A stretch of DNA of 64,000 nt, from assembly GCA_027317185.1 (NCBI GenBank), contig DAHVFB010000007.1, positions 1,064 through 65,063 on the forward strand. The letters run 5' to 3'. Shown piece by piece: positions 1-11,432 of this stretch. The notes under the pieces are model-generated. The model did not search any database. It saw only the letters and a list, made by a program, of their open reading frames with translations, and was not told the origin of the DNA. Numbering within the stretch: position 1 is the stretch's first letter; every line of letters starts with the position of its first letter. This DNA is from Deltaproteobacteria bacterium. Lineage in GTDB: Bacteria > Desulfobacterota > Binatia > Binatales > Binataceae. The position numbers were made by a program, and so were the translations under genes.

Positions 1-47
1 TTTGAGATCAACTTAGCAGAGCGGTCGGTCCACTGGCCAGCTTTCAA

Positions 48-383
48 TCATTCCAAAAGATCAGGAAAGCGGCGGAGACGAAAGGCGGCGGCGAAAGCGT
101 AAATCGCGTCCGGCATGGCAACCGACATCAGCAGCGGATCGGCGAACGCAACCCGCCAGACTTTGGTAGCGGCGGAGGCATACCAGGGGTAGCAAAAAAC
201 AACCCGTCGCTCATCTGGCAAAATTAAGGCGCTCAGGGCCTTGGCCACTGGGCACTCGGCTTCGGCTCTGTGGGTTGCGCCGCGCGGAAGCGCCGCGAGC
301 ACGGGCTCGCCAACTTCGCGTCTTACGGCATTGACCAGTTGGAGTGCGTTCGCGACAAGTTCTGACGCGCATCTTACGCGCAT
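48..383 (-). CDS. Small hypothetical protein (111 aa) directly downstream of a fluoride riboswitch
   Basis: C-terminal part of ORF 48..704. ATG at 383 has a GGAG Shine-Dalgarno 6 nt upstream; the longer ORF would overlap enolase and the riboswitch. Contains 'LPRG...CPVAKAL...MPDAIYAF'. Confidence 0.7.
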   Translation of the reverse strand: MRVRCASELVANALQLVNAVRREVGEPVLAALPRGATHRAEAECPVAKALSALILPDERRVVFCYPWYASAATKVWRVAFADPLLMSVAMPDAIYAFAAAFRLRRFPDLLE

Positions 384-396
384 GGCGGACTCCGAT

Positions 397-451
397 GCAG
401 GAGTCATCGGCATGCCGCGGGGGCGACAGCGTAACAGCGGACTCCACCGCG
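397..451 (-). ncRNA. Fluoride (crcB) riboswitch #1, probably translational
   Basis: Minus strand reads GCGGTGGAGTCCGC-tgttACGCT-...-GCCGATGACTCCTGC. P1 is GCGG/CCGC and loop GGAGT pairs with ACTCC (pseudoknot). The alternative hairpin GACTCC-tgcatc-GGAGTC would mask the GGAG SD of the ATG at 383. Confidence 0.85.
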
Positions 452-502
452 TCCCGCGCGATGGTCGCGCGCGGGCGAAATTGCCAGTACCAGCGCAGCA
501 GC

Positions 503-1831
<1,329 letters not shown>

Positions 1832-1956
1832 CTATCAGTCGCGTGTTGATTGCCGGGTTCTATCGATGTCTGATGGTATGCGCAACCGGTGACGGATTAA
1901 ACCGAAAAGGCGCGCCCCTTCCGGTCGCAGATATTAAGAGCCCGAGGCTAGTCATT

Positions 1957-3717
1957 TCAGGTCTGCCCGCTGGCATATTTGGTGAATCGCTCCACCCTGC
2001 TTATCCCTTGCGAAAGACGCCCCCGATGGGCTCGCTGATGGCCGAGCAGGATGTTCAGGATTGCAAGCCTGCCATCTATGCGTCGCATACGATCCAGGAA
2101 AACAGACACCGTAACCGTCGACGCTGCTTCAATCACGTCGAAGCGATCAAGCCATCCGCTTACGCGCTCCTCGATTTGCGCAATCTCCGTCAGAAGGTTT
2201 TCCCGCGTGGCGCCAGAGTAGAGGCGAGACGCTCGATCGCGTTCCAACCCGGACAACACCTTGTCGCCAATCCAATCGGCGCGAAGAATCAAGAGCTCGA
2301 TAAGGGTTCGCGGCAATGGACGCGCCGCCGCGGAAGCGGCTGCCAGGTACTCGACTGCTTCGGAAACGTACAGGGGATTACCGTTAGCTCTGGAAACGAT
2401 CTCGCGCAAGGCGCCGGCCGGAAAGTTGAGGCCAGTGTAAGATGGCGACGCTTCGACAAGCTGCTTGATTTCGTTATTGGACAGCGGGGTGAGCCGAAAC
2501 CGGAACTCGACCATGGAGGAATTCATTTCCTCAGCCTGAACGAATGATGGCCGGTAAGAGAGAATTGTCAGGGACCGATCAAGACTCCCGATCATCTCCG
2601 ACATGCGGCTGCGCGATTGCCAGTCGATCCAGTGCACGTCGTCGATGACCATCAGTGTCTGGCCACCCAGTTTTCGGAGCCGGTCCAGAATTTCCGTCAC
2701 CGAGGGCATTGATGAACCGCCATCAAGGGCGCCGCTACCGAGGGGTTCAATTAGCCGGAGCCAGGATCGGCCCGCATAGTCGCCATAGGGCACGCCGCTG
2801 CAACCGAGTCGCGTCCAGCCGTCGAGAACACCCGATCGATCGCCTCCGCCCAGCCATTCACGGATGAGACGGGACTTGCCCTGCCCTGCCTCACCGATAA
2901 GACGACAGACCACGGCTGTATTGGCGGCCAGACGGAGCGCCACGTCCAACTGCTCCGCAACCTCATCTCTCCCGACCATTGGCGTCCTGTCCAGACCTAC
3001 ATGAGCGGTTCCGGAACGCTCGTCCTTCCGGCCCAGCAGCTCGAATACCGTGAATCCGCCCTCCATCCTGGAGAGGTTGAGATTCAGACCATTGAAATCG
3101 AATTGATCCACTATTCGCAGATATGCCGACTGGCCGAAGAACACCCGTCCCGGCTGAGCGAGCGACGCCAGGCGAAAAGCTTGCGCCGTGGAATTCGACT
3201 CAGCACTCAACACCACGCCCAGCGCTGTGTTGAGTGCTGAAGATTTGTCCAGCGCGGTCCCCAGCAATCCAAGCTTCCTTATAGCCAAAGCTGCCCGGGC
3301 CGCCTGTTCGGGACCGCCGCCAGCATCGGTCCAACACGCGATGGCGCCGCGCCGGCGAATGATCCGAACAATTCCACCGAATGCGGCAAATCGCGCGAGT
3401 ATTTCCTTGAAGCTGTTGCGCGCGTGGGCGGTAACGCTGGCGGTTTTCGAGCCGGATCTCAACTCGACCGCTATGATTGCGGCGCCGATCGCTTCCTGAA
3501 CATCCTCCGGCTCTCCTTCCGCCGGAACGACTCGGCAGATGCGCTCGTTGTGCTCGCAGCCATGCAACCAGGTAGCGCAGTCGTTGCAGTAATCCCAATC
3601 GGCCGGCCAATGACTGTGACACCGTGGACATTCGCGAAGGGTAACCTCGCTCGAAGAAACGACGAGGTGAGGCCATCCCGGTGTTGAGTGTTTAGGTGAG
3701 TGTTTAAAGGAAGCCAA
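1957..3717 (-). CDS. Zinc-ribbon + degenerate class III nucleotide-cyclase-like domain + AAA/STAND-type ATPase
   Basis: N-terminal CPRC...CNDC; cyclase-like C-terminal motif 'AFRLASLAQPGRVF'; 'TPMVGRDE'; Walker A GEAGQGKS; Walker B VIDDVHW; 'GNPLY'. Start uncertain. Confidence 0.75.
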   Translation of the reverse strand: MASFKHSPKHSTPGWPHLVVSSSEVTLRECPRCHSHWPADWDYCNDCATWLHGCEHNERICRVVPAEGEPEDVQEAIGAAIIAVELRSGSKTASVTAHARNSFKEILARFAAFGGIVRIIRRRGAIACWTDAGGGPEQAARAALAIRKLGLLGTALDKSSALNTALGVVLSAESNSTAQAFRLASLAQPGRVFFGQSAYLRIVDQFDFNGLNLNLSRMEGGFTVFELLGRKDERSGTAHVGLDRTPMVGRDEVAEQLDVALRLAANTAVVCRLIGEAGQGKSRLIREWLGGGDRSGVLDGWTRLGCSGVPYGDYAGRSWLRLIEPLGSGALDGGSSMPSVTEILDRLRKLGGQTLMVIDDVHWIDWQSRSRMSEMIGSLDRSLTILSYRPSFVQAEEMNSSMVEFRFRLTPLSNNEIKQLVEASPSYTGLNFPAGALREIVSRANGNPLYVSEAVEYLAAASAAARPLPRTLIELLILRADWIGDKVLSGLERDRASRLYSGATRENLLTEIAQIEERVSGWLDRFDVIEAASTVTVSVFLDRMRRIDGRLAILNILLGHQRAHRGRLSQGISRVERFTKYASGQT

Positions 3718-3744
3718 CGTGAAAATCCTGTGATGCCAGCCATC

Positions 3745-3802
3745 GCAGGAGTCATTGGCCGCTACGAAAACGGCAGGTTGTCAGAAGGCGGACTCCACCA
3801 CC
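3745..3802 (-). ncRNA. Fluoride riboswitch #2
   Basis: Minus strand GGTGGTGGAGTCCGCC-ttctgacAACCTGCCG-...-CGGCCAATGACTCCTGC, followed by hairpin CCTGCGATG/CATCACAGG and a short ATTTTC. Confidence 0.9.
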
Positions 3803-3898
3803 CCAGCTACATAAGATACGCAATACAACTTCCCTAGATCAAGACGAATTGAAAAGGTCGATATTGGTTCGGCGGGCCAGCGCCGAACCACGCTGCTG

Positions 3899-3926
3899 TT
3901 GCTTCCTAGTAAGATTATGCTATTGT
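3899..3926 (+). promoter_or_regulatory. Candidate sigma70 promoter for riboswitch #3
   Basis: TTGCTT-16 nt-TATTGT with extended -10 TG, ending 9 nt before the aptamer. Confidence 0.55.
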
Positions 3927-3935
3927 CCGCACGCT

Positions 3936-3989
3936 GGTGGTGGAGTTCACCGTAACCGCTCTTCCTGACGGAATAGCCAATAACTCCTA
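3936..3989 (+). ncRNA. Fluoride riboswitch #3
   Basis: GGTGGTGGAGTTCACC-gtAACCGCT-...-AGCCAATAACTCCTA; GGAGTT/AACTCC pseudoknot. Confidence 0.92.
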
Positions 3990-4020
3990 AGGCAATGAAT
4001 TTGTCTTGGGAGTTTTTTTT
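3982..4020 (+). terminator. Intrinsic terminator, expression platform of riboswitch #3
   Basis: 14-bp stem AACTCCTAAGGCAA/TTGTCTTGGGAGTT followed by a T-run; overlaps the aptamer 3' strand. Confidence 0.9.
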
Positions 4021-4050
4021 GCTGCGTTTTGTCTGCGGAGAGGATGAAAA

Positions 4051-4779
4051 ATGGACTCCAATCGACTCGCGCCGCTTTCGTTTGCTGCAAGCTCTTCAGC
4101 TCCTTACCACAACCTTAGAAAATGGACTGCGGATTGGACCCTGACCGGCCATGATCGTAGACCGCCCCATTCGCCTGGCGTATACCCCTTATGGCGCCTG
4201 ATTGCGGGTAGAAGCGGCCGTGGAAGGCCGGGCGGTCTCTTGGTAGCATGGACACTCTGGGAGCGATGCGCCAATCGGATATGGCCTTCCAGATCGATTC
4301 CAGGTGCGCCTTTTGGCCTGCTGCGATTCCGTCCGATGCGATACTGCGGTAATCCGCTGCTATTGCCCGACGGCGCCCTTATAGTTCCTGGCGATCTGGT
4401 AGGCGAGCTTCACTGCAACAATACTGCCCTCGCCACCCTCATTGAGTTCCGTGAGATAAGCCGGCTGCGTGCGTGCCGCGCCGATCTTAACAGCCTCGGG
4501 CGCTGGCTCGGGCAAAGCGGCGAGCTTCCCACGCTCAAGGCATTCTACGGCGTAACTCTCCTCTGGTGGGCCGCTGCGAGACTGGGATTCAACGTCCGAG
4601 AGCGGCAAGCACCATTACGTAATTGGTTCGACTGGATCTTTATGGGCGGGCTTCTGTTGATTTACGCAGCCGATGGAGCTACCCGAGCAAAACTCGGAAC
4701 CACTCTGAGCCGTACACCTCGCGAAGTTTGGATTTCACGTAAAGAACTCTCGCGTGGATACGCGGACAGTGTACGGTAA
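4051..4779 (+). CDS. YkoP-like domain protein
   Basis: 'WTLWE...RF..MRYCG.PLLLPDG..I.PGDLVGELH..N' and 'ARLGF...P.EVWISR..L' resemble the YkoP family. Start uncertain. Confidence 0.65.
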   Translation: MDSNRLAPLSFAASSSAPYHNLRKWTADWTLTGHDRRPPHSPGVYPLWRLIAGRSGRGRPGGLLVAWTLWERCANRIWPSRSIPGAPFGLLRFRPMRYCGNPLLLPDGALIVPGDLVGELHCNNTALATLIEFREISRLRACRADLNSLGRWLGQSGELPTLKAFYGVTLLWWAAARLGFNVRERQAPLRNWFDWIFMGGLLLIYAADGATRAKLGTTLSRTPREVWISRKELSRGYADSVR

Positions 4780-4868
4780 TTGCATTCGCTCCAAGTGGAA
4801 GAGGGATTACTCCGCGATCGAATGCTCCTTTACTCGAACTTTGAGATGATCGGCGAGGAGGAACAATC

Positions 4869-6044
<1,176 letters not shown>

Positions 6045-6196
6045 TCGCTGGACGTGGAGGATGGCGCTTGGGTGCGAGTCTCGCGTTGGATGGAGACCGA
6101 TGAGTCGTGAACGATGAGACAAATTCTGTGTCTCTGGGAAGTATCGTTGCATAGGTCGAACGGACTGCCGAAAATCGTGCGCATGGAACTGATTAC

Positions 6197-6251
6197 GGTG
6201 ATGAGGTTCCACCGAAACCGCTCCAGGCTTGTGTGATCTGGTGAACCCTAC
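6197..6251 (+). ncRNA. Fluoride riboswitch #4 (slightly atypical loop)
   Basis: GGTGATGAGGTTCCACC-gaAACCGCT-...-CTGGTGAACCCTAC, located upstream of the crcB operon. Confidence 0.85.
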
Positions 6252-6282
6252 TGCTGTTGATCATGCGTAGGGAGCTTTTTTT
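6246..6282 (+). terminator. Intrinsic terminator of riboswitch #4
   Basis: CCCTAC...GTAGGG stem followed by AGC and seven T. Confidence 0.7.
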
Positions 6283-6409
6283 GGGAGGTCTCTGCCGAAA
6301 GGTAAAGGGTCCTTTTGTGATCGTGAACATCGCCCATCTGATACGCTTTCGGAAGCGCGGTCCGCAGGGGCGCGCCAGCGCTTTCGCAATGCCAGGAGGG
6401 CAGTGATCA

Positions 6410-7690
6410 ATGTTCACCGGAAGGGCTAAACAGATCACGATCTTTATCGGCGAAACGGATCAATACCATCACCAGGCGCTGTATATGGCGATTATCGAGA
6501 TGCTCCGGCGCGAGGGCTGCAGCGGCGCGACTGCGACTCGCGGCGTGGCGGGCTTTGGGGCCTCATCGTTGATTCACACCGCGATGATTCTTCGACTGTC
6601 CTTCGATCAGCCACTCGTGATCACAGTCGTGGACCGCCCCGAGCGGATCGATCGCGTCCTCGCTCCTCTGCGGGAAATGGCTCCGAACGCCCTGATCACG
6701 GTTCAGGAAGTGGAAGTCGTCCAATCGGGTGCTCCCTTCAAAGAGGGACTGCCCGATTTGAAAGTTTCCGAAGTGATGCGTCGTGAAGTCGCCACGGTGC
6801 ATCCCGACAGCGCAATTACCCAAGTTGTCGAATTGTTGCTGGATAAGGACTTCACGGCGGTGCCGGTGATCGACGATGAGGGCAGGGTTGTCGGGATGGT
6901 GAGCGACAACGACCTGCTGACGCGCGGCGGGATGAACGTCACGATCAGTCTGAAAAAGGCGACCGATTTGGATTATGTGCGCGAGCTTCACGAGTCTCTT
7001 GAGAACGCGAACCGCAAAGTGTCGGAAGTGATGACGCGCGAGGTGGTGACGACTACTCCCGACGCCATTCTCGGACGAGCGGCCAGACTGATGGTCGAAA
7101 AACATCTCAAGCGGCTACCGGTCGTGAACAGCGATGGAAGGCTGGTGGGCATCCTGGGCCGCCTGGATGTTTTGAACACGATTGCGGCGGTCCATCTGCC
7201 GGAGTGGCATCCCGAGGCGCATGCCAACGGCGCACAGTCTACGGTGGCCGGCGTGATGACCCGCGAAGTTCCCACCGTCCACGAAACTGCGACAGTTGAA
7301 GAAATTTTCGATCTGCTCGTTTCATCGTCGCACAAGCGGGTAGTCGTGGTGGACGACAAAAGGCATGTTGTTGGAATTGTCGCCGACTCTGATTTGATTT
7401 CGAAGGTGAGCCGTGAGAGCTGGCCGGGGATAATGGAAATCCTCATCTCCAAGGTTCCAATCGGCCGAGTCAGCGCAGAAGCGCGCAAGCACATCCAGAA
7501 GTTGCGTGCCCGCTCCGCAAAGGAACTGATGACGCGCAACGTCGTCACGGTTCGCGAGAAGATGCCCGTGGCGAGCGCCTTGGCGTTGTCTGCGGAAAAG
7601 CGGGTTAAGCGGCTGCCGGTGGTGGACGCTGAAGGCGAGCTGGTAGGAATCGTCGGACGCACGGAAATGATGCGCGCACTGCTGGCCTAA
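6410..7690 (+). CDS. DUF190 (PII-like) domain fused to four CBS domains
   Basis: 'IFIGE.D.Y...LY.AI...LR..G..GAT..RG..GFG' and 'LS.D.PLVI..VD' are DUF190 motifs; four 'V..VM.R.V.TV...PVVD..G..VG' repeats follow. Confidence 0.9.
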   Translation: MFTGRAKQITIFIGETDQYHHQALYMAIIEMLRREGCSGATATRGVAGFGASSLIHTAMILRLSFDQPLVITVVDRPERIDRVLAPLREMAPNALITVQEVEVVQSGAPFKEGLPDLKVSEVMRREVATVHPDSAITQVVELLLDKDFTAVPVIDDEGRVVGMVSDNDLLTRGGMNVTISLKKATDLDYVRELHESLENANRKVSEVMTREVVTTTPDAILGRAARLMVEKHLKRLPVVNSDGRLVGILGRLDVLNTIAAVHLPEWHPEAHANGAQSTVAGVMTREVPTVHETATVEEIFDLLVSSSHKRVVVVDDKRHVVGIVADSDLISKVSRESWPGIMEILISKVPIGRVSAEARKHIQKLRARSAKELMTRNVVTVREKMPVASALALSAEKRVKRLPVVDAEGELVGIVGRTEMMRALLA

Positions 7691-7715
7691 ACCGCGACAT
7701 GGAGGAACTTGGAGA

Positions 7716-8090
7716 GTGCTGGGAGTTTTGTTTGTCGCGATTGGCGGGGCCATCGGGTCGGCGACTCGTTATCTGGTGGGCGGATGGTTTGCATCCCGGT
7801 TTGGCCCGTCGTTTCCGTACGGAACCTTCGTGATCAATGTGACAGGGAGCTTCATTATTGGACTTTTCCTCGCATTTGCTCAGGAGCGGGTTTCGCTCAG
7901 CCCTTATTGGCGACTGTTCTTTGCGGTGGGCGTTGTCGGAGGCTATACTACCTTTTCGACCTTCGAGTATGAGTCGGTTCGATTGCTTCAGGATGGGGAG
8001 ATGCTGCTGGGGTCAGTTTATCTGGTAGGGAGCGTTGCGATGGGCGCTATCGGCGCCGTGGCCGGAATCACGCTTGGCAGTTGGATTTGA
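7716..8090 (+). CDS. crcB: Fluoride channel Fluc/CrcB
   Basis: GGAIGS..RY, PYGTF.INV.GSF, GGYTTFSTF..E; 124 aa with four hydrophobic helices. Confidence 0.97.
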   Translation: MLGVLFVAIGGAIGSATRYLVGGWFASRFGPSFPYGTFVINVTGSFIIGLFLAFAQERVSLSPYWRLFFAVGVVGGYTTFSTFEYESVRLLQDGEMLLGSVYLVGSVAMGAIGAVAGITLGSWI

Positions 8091-8110
8091 TTTCGCCGCC
8101 CAGATTCCAA

Positions 8111-8138
8111 TTGACAGTCGGACAGCGCCTGCTACACT
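8111..8138 (+). promoter_or_regulatory. Candidate sigma70 promoter for riboswitch #5
   Basis: TTGACA-16 nt-TACACT with extended -10 TG. Confidence 0.7.
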
Positions 8139-8153
8139 TCTATGGACAGCGTT

Positions 8154-8210
8154 GGTGATGGGGTTCACCGCCACAACCGCCCTTTCCTGAGCAGGGCTGA
8201 TAACCCCTAC
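8154..8210 (+). ncRNA. Fluoride riboswitch #5
   Basis: GGTGATGGGGTTCACC-gccacAACCGCCCT-...-AGGGCTGATAACCCCTAC; close to the consensus. Confidence 0.95.
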
Positions 8211-8241
8211 CGAGGTGTACGCCGGTAGGGGTTGATTTGTT
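8202..8241 (+). terminator. Terminator hairpin of riboswitch #5
   Basis: 11-bp stem AACCCCTACCG/CGGTAGGGGTT followed by GATTTGTT. Confidence 0.75.
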
Positions 8242-8340
8242 CAGGTTCCCTACTTGGTCATTCGAAATCTCTCCCGATCAGCACTTTCCACGCGCTGAAG
8301 GGGAGAGATATAACGCCGCATGGAGTGAGCGTAGCGGAGG

Positions 8341-9291
8341 ATGGCGCGTTCGGTCGGGTTCAACCTGCTTCAAGTGCTGTTCGTTGTCGCGCTGGCTCCG
8401 CTGGCGTCGGGCGTGTTGTCGCGCCTGAAGGAGATCGTTCAATCGCGGCGCGGTCCCAGCATTTTTCAGCCCTATCGCGACCTTCGAAAGCTGTTCAACA
8501 AAGACGAAGTCGTTTCGGAACACGCTTCGTGGATCTTCCGGTTTACGCCGTATGTCGTGTTTGTCGCGCCGATCTTCGTGACCACGTTGATTCCGGTGCT
8601 TACGAACTATCCGCTCTTTTTCGCCTTCATGGGCGATATGCTGGGCGGTGGGTTTGTGCTCGCGCTGGGTGGGTTTTTCGCGACGCTCGCCGCCGTGGAT
8701 ACCGCTAATCCTTACGGTGCGATGGGCGCGAGCCGGACACGGATGGTCGGCTTCCTTGCAGAACCGGTCTTCATGATCGTTTTCTTTACGGTTTCGTTCG
8801 TGGCTGGTTCTACAATCCCCTACATCGTGCAGCAGCATTGGGTGACGCCGCTCACAAACTTTTTCGCGCCATCGCACGTGCTGCTGGTGATTGCGTTTAT
8901 CATGCTCATCCTCGCCGAGGCGGGCCGCATTCCGGTGGACAATCCGGCGGGCCATTTCGAACTCGCCATGATCGACGAATCGAAAAGCCTCGAGTATTCG
9001 GGTCCCGGCATGGCGCTGATGAAATGGGGCGGTCAGATGAAGCTGCTCGTGCTGATATGTATTCTGCTCAACGTGTTGGTTACACCGTGGGGACTTGCCG
9101 GCGGCCGGAGCACCGCCGAAGTCCTGCTGGCGGCGCCGCTGGTGCTGTTCAAGGTGGGGATTTTTCTACTCGTGCTGGTGGTGATTGAATCCTCGTTCGC
9201 TAAATTGCGGCTCTTTCGGGTCAGTGAGTTTCTGGGCGCTGCTTTCGTAACCTCGGTCGTCGCAATGATCACCGGGCTATTGAGCTTTTAG
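8341..9291 (+). CDS. hyfC: Hydrogenase-4/Ehr membrane subunit, HyfC/HycD (NuoH-like)
   Basis: 'Q.RRGPSIFQPYRDL.KLF.K', 'AE.GRIPVDNP..H.EL.MI.E...LEYSG'. Confidence 0.9.
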   Translation: MARSVGFNLLQVLFVVALAPLASGVLSRLKEIVQSRRGPSIFQPYRDLRKLFNKDEVVSEHASWIFRFTPYVVFVAPIFVTTLIPVLTNYPLFFAFMGDMLGGGFVLALGGFFATLAAVDTANPYGAMGASRTRMVGFLAEPVFMIVFFTVSFVAGSTIPYIVQQHWVTPLTNFFAPSHVLLVIAFIMLILAEAGRIPVDNPAGHFELAMIDESKSLEYSGPGMALMKWGGQMKLLVLICILLNVLVTPWGLAGGRSTAEVLLAAPLVLFKVGIFLLVLVVIESSFAKLRLFRVSEFLGAAFVTSVVAMITGLLSF

Positions 9292-9303
9292 CCGGAGAAT
9301 CAA

Positions 9304-9984
9304 GTGGCGAACTCAAACGCACTGTTGACCTCGCTGAACGGGTTGGCCGCGGGTCTGTTCCTTATGAGTTCATTCGGGCTGGCGGCAACCCGCCAGATGC
9401 AGGGGTGCCTGCGATTCTACATTACCCAGTCGATATGCCTGGTTGTGTCCGCACTATTACTCGGACTTGGTTTGCATGCTCCGGACTTGCTGGCGGTGGC
9501 CGTGCTCGACGCGGTCGTAAAGCCTATCGTGATCCCTGTGTTGCTTCGACGCACGGTACCCGAGGCGGTTTTTCGAAGACGCGAGATCGCTCAGGTGCTG
9601 AATATTCCCAGTTCGCTTCTGATCGCGCTTGCGCTGACTCTGTTGGCGTATTTCCTGAGCGGATATCTCCCGCCCGCCACGGGGAGCCTGGCAAGCATCA
9701 ATCTCCCGGTTGGCCTTGCCGGGCTATTCATCGGCGTTTACACGCTCACGGTCCGGCGGGAGGCGGTGCCTCAACTGATTGGAATCTTTGGCATCGAGAA
9801 CGGCGCTCTTCTTTGCGGCTTCGCGATTGCGTCTGGCCTGCCGCTGGTCATCGAGATGGCCTTCCCGTTCGACATGCTGATCATCGCGCTGGTGATCGGA
9901 ATTCTGACGCGGATGACGCACGAACGCGTTGGAACGACTGAAGTCGGCGGCTTCACCAGTCTTCGGGAAGGTATCGGCAAGTGA
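9304..9984 (+). CDS. hyfE: Hydrogenase-4/Ehr membrane subunit HyfE-like
   Basis: 'K.IVIP.LL', 'Q.IG..GIENG', 'PL.IE....FD'; position in the operon. Confidence 0.85.
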   Translation: MANSNALLTSLNGLAAGLFLMSSFGLAATRQMQGCLRFYITQSICLVVSALLLGLGLHAPDLLAVAVLDAVVKPIVIPVLLRRTVPEAVFRRREIAQVLNIPSSLLIALALTLLAYFLSGYLPPATGSLASINLPVGLAGLFIGVYTLTVRREAVPQLIGIFGIENGALLCGFAIASGLPLVIEMAFPFDMLIIALVIGILTRMTHERVGTTEVGGFTSLREGIGK

Positions 9985-11429
9985 TCCTCTTATTTATACT
10001 CGGCCTTCTGCTAATGGCCGCGTTGATTTCAGCGCTCCCGCTCGGTCGCCGTGTTGCGCCCGCTGTAACCGTTGCTACGTGTGTCGCCGTACTGGTGCTA
10101 ACGGTCGCGGCGGCGCTGCGAGTCGTGGCGGGAGAATCGGTGGTTACAATACGGAACTGGATCGCGATTGACGGACTGAGTGCGTTGATATTGCTGCTGG
10201 TGGCGACGGTGGGGAGCACAGCGGCTCTTTTTTCCTGGGGCTACATTGCTCGGGAGAAGAGTTCCCGTCATCTGCGCCGCTATTACGCGAATTACAACCT
10301 GTTTGTCTTCGCGATGCTCTCGGTGCCGATGCTGGACGAACCGAACCTGGTGTGGACCGGAGTGGAACTGACCACGATACTTTCTGTTTATTTGGTCGCA
10401 TTTGAAAATACCGGCGAAGCCCTGGAGGCGGCGTGGAAGTATTCAGTGCTCACGATCATGGGGGGAGCGATCGCTCTGCTTGGATTCCTCGCACTATACG
10501 CTGCGACGCGGGGCCGGTATGCGGAAGGGGCTTATACCTGGCGCACACTAATCGTGCTGGCGCCCGGCGTTTCGCCGCGCGTGCTCGAGACCGCGTTCGT
10601 TCTGATTCTCGTTGGGTTCGGGGCCAAGGCGGGGTTGGTTCCGTTGCATACGTGGCTGCCCGACGCGCATAGCCAGGCGCCGAGCCCGATATGCGCCCTG
10701 CTTTCCGGTATCAAGACAACCGTCATCCTGTACGTGATATTGCGCCTCATCCCAGTATTGAACTCGTCTGGAAAGATAGATGTCGACGAGTGGGCGATGG
10801 TCGTAGGATTGTTCTCGGTGGGTATCGCCGCGTTTCTGATTATTCAGGTGACTGACTATAAACGCCTGTTCGCATTCTCCACGGTCGAGCATATGGGAAT
10901 CATCCTGACCGCGGCGGGGATTGGCGGCGCCGCGGGTCATTACGGCGCCGTATATCAAATTCTCAATCACACGCTGACCAAGTCGTTTTGTTTTTTTGCG
11001 GCCGGGGCAACATTGCTCGCGGTGGACACGCGACAAATCGCGGACGTCCGGGGGCTGATACGAACCTCACCGCCGGCGGGCGTGGCCCTCCTGTTTGGGG
11101 GAATCGCGATCGCCGGCGCTCCGCCGCTCGCGGTCTTTCTGAGCGAATTTTCGATCCTGCGCTCAGGAATCGCGAAGCAACACTACGTTGCAACCGCTTT
11201 GCTCGCTGGATTCGTTATAGTCGCTTTTTTCGGCATTCTCTATCACCTTAACCGGATGGTCTTCGGGCAGCCAGACCCGGCAATCGAAAGCGCCGCTCCG
11301 ATAAGACTGCCGGTGAGTTGCGTACTGACCCTCATTCTGGCCGCGGCACCCATCATCATACTCGGGGTCTATATGCCAGAGCCGCTCCACAAGCTCCTTC
11401 TAATGGCTGCGGACGGTCTGACGAGGTGA
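9981..11429 (+). CDS. hyfF: Hydrogenase-4/Ehr antiporter-like subunit HyfF
   Basis: 'ALEAAWKY', 'GFGAKAGLVPLHTWLPDAHSQAPSP', 'KRLFAFSTVEHMG'. Confidence 0.9.
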   Translation: MILLFILGLLLMAALISALPLGRRVAPAVTVATCVAVLVLTVAAALRVVAGESVVTIRNWIAIDGLSALILLLVATVGSTAALFSWGYIAREKSSRHLRRYYANYNLFVFAMLSVPMLDEPNLVWTGVELTTILSVYLVAFENTGEALEAAWKYSVLTIMGGAIALLGFLALYAATRGRYAEGAYTWRTLIVLAPGVSPRVLETAFVLILVGFGAKAGLVPLHTWLPDAHSQAPSPICALLSGIKTTVILYVILRLIPVLNSSGKIDVDEWAMVVGLFSVGIAAFLIIQVTDYKRLFAFSTVEHMGIILTAAGIGGAAGHYGAVYQILNHTLTKSFCFFAAGATLLAVDTRQIADVRGLIRTSPPAGVALLFGGIAIAGAPPLAVFLSEFSILRSGIAKQHYVATALLAGFVIVAFFGILYHLNRMVFGQPDPAIESAAPIRLPVSCVLTLILAAAPIIILGVYMPEPLHKLLLMAADGLTR

Positions 11430-11432
11430 GCG

